Under the pieces are notes generated by a model that saw only the letters and a program-made list of their open reading frames with translations, did not search any database and was not told where the DNA came from. Shown here one piece after another: positions 1 through 64,000 of a stretch of 64,000 nucleotides of DNA. Within the stretch, counting starts at the first letter, position 1. Each line of letters opens with the position of its first letter. The DNA is taken from contig OZ024753.1 in the NCBI GenBank assembly GCA_964016885.1, forward strand, positions 9,858,001 through 9,922,000, written 5' to 3'. Made by a program: the position numbers and the translations under genes. The DNA is from Eledone cirrhosa (taxonomy: Eukaryota).

Positions 1-689
1 TTCAAATTAAAAAAAAAGCTTCTATAACATTGGCACGGGGCCAGCCATATTGGAGAGGCAGGGGTTAAAGACAAGTTAATTTTACCAACCTCAGTATTTG
101 ACTGGTACCTATTTTATCGATCTCAGAAGGATGAAAGGCAAAATTGACTTCGGCAAAATTTGAACTCAGAAAGTAAGGAGCTGAAACAAATACTGCCCTT
201 TCACCCTCCTCCTTTAACTAATAACAATTTCTGATTTAGGCAAAAGGTCAACAATTTTGGGGGTAGAGGAAAGTCGTAACTCTATGCCACAAATCATGTT
301 GTCTGATGCTCTACCAATACTTTCAATCCACCAACCGCTTCTTTTTCATCTTCTTCTTCGTCTTCGAATTAATAATGATTTCTAGTATAGGCACAAGGCC
401 AGTAATTTGGGGGGAGGGGAAAGTCGATTAAATCGACCCCAGTACGTTACTGGTGCTTTATTTTATTGACCCCCGTAAGGATTCAAGGCAAAGTTAACCT
501 CTTCAGGATTTAAACTCAGAACGTAAAGGAGCATAACTCTATGCCACAAAGCATGTTGTCCGACGTTCTACCGATACTGCCAATCCAACACCATCTTCTT
601 CTTCTTGTTCTTCTTGTTCTTCTTGTTCTTCTTGTTCTTCTTCAAATTAATAATAATAACAATAGTAGGAAGATTCTGAGCAACAGTTG

Positions 690-54784
<54,095 letters not shown>

Positions 54785-54848
54785 TTTCTGAGGGGAGAGC
54801 ACTGTCGTTGAAAGCACAAGCGGTGATTGAGCAGTGCTCTTACCCTAG

Positions 54849-54886
54849 CATAGAGAATTCCGGCATACATAGAGAATTCCGGCATA
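54849..54886 (-). promoter_or_regulatory. Putative AP5B1 proximal promoter or 5'UTR: 19-bp tandem duplication, each unit with an ETS-like CCGGAA
   Basis: CATAGAGAATTCCGGCATA twice, 65-102 nt upstream of the ATG; the TSS cannot be determined from sequence. Confidence 0.3.
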
Positions 54887-54945
54887 CATATCAAACTATA
54901 TACAATGGTATTAAATAAATGGAAACTATATTTATAAAACCATAT

Positions 54946-54998
54946 TTATTCTATTATATATATTTCAAGGATACCAAAAACTTTGGTACGCTTTCATC
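54946..54998 (-). ncRNA. Type I hammerhead ribozyme motif, canonical core
   Basis: UAUUUUAU-CUGAUGA-AAGCGUACCAAA GUU UUUGGUAUCCUU-GAAA-U AUAU A-UA-AUAGAAUA: 8-bp stem I, long stem II, minimal palindromic stem III as in PLE-type hammerheads. Confidence 0.75.
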
Positions 54999-55156
54999 AG
55001 ATAAAATACAAAGTGTGTTTTATAAATTTTGACATAGCAAGGAACCATACCTTATCAGTTGAATTTTCCTCCTTGGATAGTCAATTCAACTGATAAGGTA
55101 TGGTTCCTTGGCTATGTCAAAATTTATAAAACACACTTTCTATGAAACACACTTTG

Positions 55157-55219
55157 TATTTTATCTGATGAAACCGTACCAAAGTTTTTGGTACCCTTGA
55201 AAATATATATAATAGAATA
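55157..55219 (+). ncRNA. Hammerhead ribozyme motif, inverted sister copy
   Basis: Same motif in the opposite arm; extra A after GAAA and a stem II mismatch. Confidence 0.55.
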
Positions 55220-55353
55220 AATATGGTTTTATAAATATAGTTTCCATTTATTTAATATCATTGAATATTTCTGTCGAGTGCTCTGAATCACTTATAAACA
55301 TTTATATTTGTTGAATTTCCAACAAATTAATTAAATATCCCTTCTACTTATTA

Positions 55354-55427
<74 letters not shown>

Positions 55428-55673
55428 GGAATAGGGTTGGCTGTGTAGTCGCTAGTTAAGGTAGCTTAAAATGCAGTCGGAATTCGAAGAAAGCAAGAAC
55501 TTGGGGGGGGGGGGTCCTCATCAGTTATCTACTGGGGTTCTCGTATATATATATATATATATATATGAAATGAAACAGTTCTAGTCCTGTAGAAGCCATT
55601 TCGATATTAAAAATTATATACTCTGCTATGTATTGAGTACCTTACTGTGGTTACCCCCGATTGAACCTGGGAT

Positions 55674-55778
<105 letters not shown>

Positions 55779-55849
55779 TCGCTCTCGAGTGCTACTGGTA
55801 ACATGTAACCCAGTACAACCTGTTTCATAGTTGGGTCGTCGGCGACTAA

Positions 55850-57343
55850 ACCGACAACCCCACCAAGCTTTCTTGGTGAAGGGGGTGATATTTGGCAAGG
55901 CCTTTCCCCACTGAAAAAATCTTCAAAGCACAGGCATTGCTGCAATATTTAATGAGATAGGACTTAGGATCACGGTAGCTACTAACCTTACTAGCGTAGG
56001 TTATTTAGACATTAATTTAAATCTTTGTACACATACTTTCAAACCCGTCCATAAATTTAACGAAAAATTAACTTACATGCACAAAGACTCATACCACCTA
56101 TCTACAGTCTTCAAAAACATCGTGAGATATATCTGCTCTAATAAGGCTATTTTGACTGAGCGGCACCCTATTACAACGCGGCGTTAGCTAATAGCGGCTT
56201 CTCGGACTCAATTGCTTACTCCCCTCCTAACGCCAACACCAATAAAAAACATAATTTTCCCCCTCCTTCTCACGTAATGTTAAAATTAATGTAGGTAAAA
56301 GATCCTTAGCCCGCCTCGAGAGGCACTTCCCCATAGGTTATAAATATGGTTCCATCTTTAACAGACACACGGTCTAGCTCGGCTACACCTATGCTAAACA
56401 TATGAGGGCCCACACCACCAACAACCCTAAGAGCACAACCCCACCTGGATGCTCTTTCCGAAGGCCTGAAGCTTGTCCCCTTCAGCAACAGTGCAACACA
56501 CCTGCTGTAATTTATGAAGCTGTAGTCACTTCCAACCATCCAAAGCAACAACAAGAGGTCAAATCCCATGTAAGTATGTCGGAGGGCCGATTTAAAGAAC
56601 ACTTCCTGAATCATCTGTCGACATTTAGACACCCGGAGAAACGATCGTTCATGAAGCTCGCAAGCCACATATGGCCCCTCAAGGACGCAGGCGTGGATTT
56701 CTTCATCCACTGGAAAGTTATAACCAAGTATTTGGTCATAGGGAAATGGGGATCCGTCTTTCGGGCTGTGCATTGAAGAAAGGATCAATATCTTGAGGAG
56801 ATTACGTAATAGCACTTGTCTAAACATGAGGGCCGAATTCTACTCATGTTGTCTCCACGTGTCATAACACCTATTACGTAATTTTAAAACCCCCCGACTG
56901 ACAATCGGAGGTAACACCCCTAGACTGTGTATCTTCAATAATCTATTGTATTCTGATCTTTCACAGTTAACTCCCTCATCGATCTAACGTGAGTTACTCC
57001 CCTTTGAGAATATCGTCTGCTAATATTTGTGCCAGAGGCCGGTAGATTGGTAGTATCGGTAGAGGGTCGGACGCCATGCTTTACAGCAAAGAGTTACGGC
57101 CCTTTATGATCTGAGTTCAAATCCCGCCGAGGTTAACTTTGCCTTTCATCCTTACGGGGTGGATAAAATAAAGTACCAGTAATACACTGGAATAATTGCT
57201 GGCCTTGTGCCAAAAGTAGAAACAATAATATTTGTAGCATAGTCTTCCTTTTCCGTTTTAACTCATATAAACCGAACTGATGATCAGTTTGGGGTGAAAC
57301 ACAAATCACTCTCGGAAATGGTGTATTAACTGCTGTGGAACTA

Positions 57344-57346
<3 letters not shown>
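55850..57346 (+). mobile_element. Penelope-like element remnant (RT thumb plus GIY-YIG), with SINE inserted at about 57037-57238
   Basis: ORF 56402-56776 CSFRRPEACPLQQQC..VIYEAVV...SEGRFKEHFLNHLSTF..LASHIWPLK...IHWKVI is PLE GIY-YIG type; frameshifted; 3' region has a CTGATGA...GAAAC motif. Confidence 0.8.
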
Positions 57347-57392
<46 letters not shown>

Positions 57393-57520
57393 GATATTAA
57401 TATCGTATATCTACTCCAAATACTTGTCGAGTGCTTTATATCAGTTATAAAAATATTTACTTGTTGTATCCCAACAATTTTAAATAGAACTTTTGCATAT
57501 ATATATATATATATAAGTAG

Positions 57521-57585
<65 letters not shown>

Positions 57586-57924
57586 CATTGAAGTTTCCGT
57601 TGAAAATTGAAAAAGTCATAGGAGTGAAGAGTGCTCTATATAAGTTACAGAGCTAAATTTAATGTATAATAAACAATACAATATAATTACCTCATTACCA
57701 GAGGTAATGTATTGTTTATTATACATTATATTATATATATATATAGTAATAATTGTTTCTACGTTAGGCACAAGGCCAGCAAATATCCAGTGCATTACTG
57801 GTACTTTATTTTATCGATTCCGTAAGGATGAAAGGCAAAGTTAACCTTGGCGGGATTTGAACTCAGAATAGTAATAATAAAAAAAATATGAAGTCTAAAA
57901 TCCGAAGAGAGCTCGATAAGGATC

Positions 57925-57963
<39 letters not shown>

Positions 57964-58163
57964 AGTAAAACCACAGACCCTCCATCTCAACTCACCTTTT
58001 GAAAAGCAGAAGAACTGCGAAACCGGTAAAGGAACCAAATAAATATATATATTTTTTTTAAAAATAAGAGTCGAGTTGCATTTTCGATTTCATCTCTTTT
58101 TCTTTATACTTTCACTCGTGTAGGACACCTCGGTTATTTTTCATTTTGTAAAAAAAACCTCAC

Positions 58164-58258
<95 letters not shown>

Positions 58259-60488
58259 GTAGAGCAAACATTTATTAAAGCGACAGATTAAAGTTTAAGC
58301 AAAGAATCGTTGCTTTCACCCTTAACGGGATCTTCTGAAAAAAAGTGTTTCAGAAGATCCCGTTACGTTAAGGGTGAAAGCAGCGATTCTTTGCTTAAAC
58401 TTTAATCTGTTATTTTAATATATATATATATATATAGTACACAGGTGTGTGTGGGTGGGGGTATTTGTTCTGTTATTGTACACCACGTACATGTATACAC
58501 AAGTTATATATATATATTTCTTACTTGATATTAAATTACATAATGTACAATTTGAAATATAGGGTGAGGGATATTTTTCACATGGCGAGGACATAGTGCC
58601 AGTTTCGGATGGCACCTACACAGAAAACAGGTTTATATCAACCCCGAGATTTGAATAATACTTTAGTCGGTTCTTCCACGTTCGGACCATATCCTTGTGG
58701 TTGTGTTTATTATCTATATAGAAAATTATTTATTTCCCTTCCTATATATCCGTGTGTGGATATATAGCTGAGAGAAGGGAGTGCTCAATACTGAAATAGA
58801 GTTTATAGACCTCAGAAGGACGAAAACAAAGTTAACCTCGAAGTGGGGGGGGGGGGGTAGTTGAAACTTAGAACGTAAAGAGCTGGAACAAATACCGCAA
58901 GACATTTTTCCCAGTGTATAACGGAATACTCCTGTTTTGCCGGCGAAGATTCGAAACCGAATCTGAAACCACACATTATTGGAAGTTCCCACGATCACCC
59001 TGTCAAGAAACTGGTATGATAAACGTACATGCCACTTGACCTGTGACCCAGCTTGTAGACAGGGGAAACACAGATTGCTGATCATAAATCAACCTCATAT
59101 ACACACCCGTCTAGTTATAGCTTTATTATAAATACAAGGACTTTGGAAACCCAGCACTCAGAGACCGAAGCAAGCAGTCTGTGTTAAGGTTAACCATATA
59201 GCAGACCTTTCACTCTATCTCTCTCTCCTGGCCTTACTGGCTTTCACCTTCTCGGACGCAGACTACGGCCAGACATGAACCAGCAGTCCTTGATACGAAT
59301 AACGTATACTAAGAAAACACACACACACACATAGCAAGTTCATCTATTCTCACGTCTCCCTGTCATATTCTAACGTCGTATTGATACATACGTGTATTCA
59401 CACTCGCTCGAACTAGATAGCCGGTAATTAAAGTAGCGATAAATTCTGTCACATATTGTTATTGTAAAATAGAGCATTGGTCTTGCAATCGAAAGGTTGT
59501 GAGTTCAATTCTCAGACCGGGTGATGTGTTGTTTCCTTGAGCAAGACACTTTATTTCACATTGCTCCAGTTTACTCAGCTGTAGAAAAGTGATGATGGGG
59601 ACTGGGGGGTCCCTATCATTCCACTGTAAAGTGGTCGTGGAGGTGCCACGGCAAAAAAGCACCCAGCCCACACTGTAAAGTGGTCGTGGAGGTGCCACGG
59701 CAAAAAAGCACCCAGCCCACACTGTAAAGTGGTCGTGGAGGTGCCACGGCAAAAAAGCACCCAGCCCACACTGTAAAGTGGTCGTGGAGGTGCCACGGCA
59801 AAAAAGCACCCAGCCCACACTGTAAAGTGGTCGTGGAGGTGCCACGGCAAAAAAGCACCCAGCCCACACTGTAAAGTGGTCGTGGAGGTGCCACAGAAAA
59901 AAAAAGCACACAGCCCTCACTGTAAATGAGGTTGGTGTTAGGAAGGGCATCCAGCTGTAGAAATCAAGCCAGAATCAAGCAGGGAAAAGCGGACGTAAAA
60001 TAATGATGATGATGATGATGATGAAACACTGTCAACATCACAATCATGGCAATATTCTTCTTATCAAACATCCATCAAAGAATAACATTTATCCGCTACA
60101 AGTGCTCTACCGGTTATGTACATTTTGCGGCCCGCTTATATAAAAAAAAAACAAGCTTTTAAACATTATTTATGGTATGTCAACTGCATGACAAGGCCGA
60201 CAATTTAAAATTAAGTATTTTAAAATTAGGTTGGGCTTCTGAAATTACGTAAAAGTAAACAAAAATAAAATATATTTGTATATATTACAATGTCATGTGA
60301 CTAAGGCAGCATTTAAACATGTTTTACACTCTATCATCACCCACACATACTGTGTTATATATACAAACATATATGTATGTGTGTGGGGGAGGAGGGTATA
60401 AAAATATTTCACTATTATGAATTACAATGTCTTGTGACTAAGGCAGCATTTAAACGTTTTACACTTCATCATGTGTACACATATATGT

Positions 60489-60541
<53 letters not shown>

Positions 60542-60914
60542 AAAAGAGTCAGGACCCCAACGGCCACAGCTCAGCCGTCGGGGTCATGACTCTTTTCCTG
60601 CTTCCTTCGACCAGATATATATATGTGTGTGTATATTTAAACATATATATTTCACTATTATAAATTAGTGTCTTATGATTATGATTAAGGCTGACTTTAA
60701 ACAAGTTCTAGATCTCTCACACAGACTGTTGTGGATTGACAGTATCGGTAGAGGGTCGGGCGCCATGCTTTGAAGCATAGAGTTACCTCCCTTTATAATC
60801 TAAGTTCAAATCCCGCTGAGGTTAACTTTGCCTTTCATCCTTATGGGGTCGATAAAATAAAGTACCAGTAATGCACTGGGATAATTGCTGGCCTGGTGCC
60901 AAAAGTAGAAACAG

Positions 60915-60966
<52 letters not shown>

Positions 60967-61055
60967 ATATATATATAATATAGTCCTACAAACTGTAGAG
61001 TGCTTCTTATCCGATATCTGCATTGCTTTATTGTACTACAATAAAACTCACCTCC

Positions 61056-61102
<47 letters not shown>

Positions 61103-61394
61103 CGAAGGAGGTGTGGTAAGGAACTAGATGGACCATAACGCACCAGAGTACTCAATACTTAGGGCAATAGAGTGGATAATAGAAAAATGTTAGCCGTCGA
61201 AACGGCTTGGGCTCTGCTGTCGGGGTCTAACATTTTCCTATATATATATATAGAGAGAGAGAGAGATGGATCTTTATATCAAGCATATAACACACATGCA
61301 ATTGACCTTAGTGTATATGTATAAATTGATAGTAAGAACACATCATATATTCATATACATACACACACATATATATATATACACATACATATCT

Positions 61395-63271
61395 AAAAAG
61401 TCTAAAGTCTGTCTTAAGCCAGAAGGGTCATTTGGCCAGTGCTTCATGGCGTGAAGCGACTGAGAGTACAAGACTTACCCCTGATAGGACGCCAGTCCAT
61501 CGCAGGGTTAAACCCCCAGCTATTATTGGTTATCCCGGTTTCATGGTGTGAAGCAACTGAGAGTTCAAGACTCCCCCCTGGACAGGACGCCAGTCCATCG
61601 CAGGGTTAAACCCTCAGCTATTACTGGTACTTATCCTGGTTTCATGGTGTGAAGCGACTGAAAGTACAAGACTTACCCCTGGATAGGACGCCAGTCCATC
61701 GCAGGGTTAAACCCCCAGCTATTACTGGTACTTATCCTGGTTTCATGGTGTGAAGCGACTGAGAGTACAAGACTTACCCCTGGAGAGGACGCCAGTCCAT
61801 CGCAGGGTTAAACCCTCAGCTATTACTGGTACTTATCCCGGTTCCATGGTGTGAAGCAACTGAGAGTTCAAGACTTACCCCTGGACAGGACGCCAGTCCA
61901 TCACAGGGTTAAACCCTCAGCTATTACTGGTACTTATCCTCGTTTCATGGCGTGAAGCGATTGAGAGTACAAGACTTCCCCCTGGATAGGACGCCAGTCC
62001 ATCGCAGGGTTAAACCCTCAGCTATTACTGGTACTTATCCCGGTTTCATGGTGTGAAGCGACTGAGAGTACAAGACTTACTCCTGGATAGGACACCAGTC
62101 CATTGCAGGGTTAAACCCCCAGCTATTACTGGTACTTATCCTGGTTTCATGGTGTGAAGCGACTGAGAGTACAAGACTTACCCCTGGACAGGACGCCAGT
62201 CCATCGCATGGTTAAACCCCCAGCTATTACTGGTACTTATCCTGGTTTCATGGTGTGAAGCGACTGAGAGTACAAGACTTACCCCTGGACAGGACGCCAG
62301 TCCATCGCAGGGTTAAACCCCCAGCTATTACTGGTACTTATCCCGGTTTCATGGCGTGAAGCGACTGAGAGTACAAGACTTACCCCTGGACAGGACGCCA
62401 GTCCATCGCAGGGTTAAACCCTCAGCTATTACTGGTACTTATCCTCGTTTCATGGCGTGAAGCGATTGAGAGTACAAGACTTCCTCCTGGATAGGACGCC
62501 AGTCCATCGCAGGGTTAAACCCTCAGCTATTACTGGTACTTATCCCGGTTTCATGGTGTGAAGCGACTGAGAGTACAAGACTTACTCCTGGATAGGACAC
62601 CAGTCCATCGCAGGGTTAAACCCCCAGCTATTACTGGTACTTATCCTGGTTTCATGGTGTGAAGCGACTGAGAGTACAAGACTTACCCCTGGACAGGACG
62701 CCAGTCCATCGCATGGTTAAACCCCCAGCTATTACTGGTACTTATCCTGGTTTCATGGTGTGAAGCGACTGAGAGTACAAGACTTACCCCTGGACAGGAC
62801 GCCAGTCCATCGCAGGGTTAAACCCCCAGCTATTACTGGTACTTATCCCGGTTTCATGGCGTGAAGCGACTGAGAGTACAAGACTTACCCCTGGACAGGA
62901 CGCCAGTCCATCGCAGGGTTAAACCCCCAGCTATTACTGGTACTTATCCCGGTTTCATGGCGTGAAGCGACTGAGAGTACAAGACTTACCCCTGGACAGG
63001 ACGCCAGTCCATCGCAGGGTTAAACCCCCAGCTATTACTGGTACTTATTCCGGTTCCGTGGCATGAAGCAACTGAGAGTACAAGACTCCCCCCTGGACAG
63101 GACGCCAGTCCATCGCAGGGTTAAACCTCCAGCTATTGCTGGTACTCATTTTCAGCTGGAGGAATGTAAAATGAAGTGTTTTGCTCAAGAACACAACACA
63201 GCCCAGCCCAGGAATTGAACCCACATTATGATCATAAGTCCAACACTCTTACCACTAGGCCACATGCCTCT
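61395..63271 (-). mobile_element. tRNA-derived SINE (family 3) with an internal 101-bp unit amplified 17 times
   Basis: tRNA-like head at about 63200-63271; array of CCCTGCGATGGACTGGCGTCCTGTCCAGGGG-containing units; 3' end matches the single-unit copy at about 51965-52635. Confidence 0.8.
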
Positions 63272-64000
63272 ACACACATACATATATATATACACGCACA
63301 CACATATACATATGTATACACACACACACATATATATGTATACACACACACACATATATATATGTATACACACACTCTCACATATATATATGTATACACA
63401 CACACACACATATATATATGTATACACACACACACATATATATATGTATACACACACACACACATATATATATATGTATACATACACACACATATATATG
63501 TATACACACACACATATATATATGTATACACACACATATATATATGTATACACACACACACACACACATATATATATGTATACACACACACACATATATA
63601 TGTATACACATATATATATATATGTATACACACACACACACACATATATATATATGTATACACACACACACACACATATATATGTATACACACACACATA
63701 TATATGTATACACACACACATACACATATATATATATGTATACACACACACATATATATATATGTATACACACACATATATATATGTATATACACACACA
63801 CACATATATAGATGTATACACACACACACATATATATATGTATACACACACATATATAGATGTATACACACACACATATATATATATATGTATACACACA
63901 CACACATATATATGTATTTTTTTTTCTTTTTTTTTTCGATCGACTTTCGTCAAATTGGACCGAGGAAACAATGTTTCCGTTGGTCTTTCCAGTTGCTAGT

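Noticed and set aside
58570-59460. Possible first exon of a neighbouring gene
   Set aside because: No convincing ORF with splice signals or homology; part of the region is SINE sequence
61436-63150. Regular array resembling CRISPR
   Set aside because: Whole units repeat with no unique spacers, there are no cas genes, and the context is a eukaryotic SINE

Overview
This is AT-rich, microsatellite-dense animal genomic DNA; the repeat content suggests an octopod cephalopod (inference). One complete protein-coding gene spans most of the window on the minus strand. I assembled 25 coding exons by hand (ATG at 54784 to TAA at 690). All introns are GT-AG with compatible phases, giving 2700 nt or 899 aa, which I recognise as AP-5 complex subunit beta-1 (AP5B1). 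Intron 22 holds three co-oriented copies of an RTE-clade LINE. One copy has an uninterrupted 1146-aa APE+RT ORF, and the family carries a C4HC3 PHD-type finger inside the C-terminal RT region. The rest is tRNA-derived SINEs (one family sharing the RTE 3' end), Penelope-like GIY-YIG remnants, hammerhead-ribozyme motifs, fragments of R4/Dong, CRE, CR1 and mariner elements, MITEs, and SINE-derived tandem arrays. One intact-looking hammerhead lies in a palindrome about 160 nt upstream of the AP5B1 start codon. No rRNA, genuine tRNA or CRISPR was found. Family names come from recalled motifs, not database searches, and repeat boundaries are approximate.
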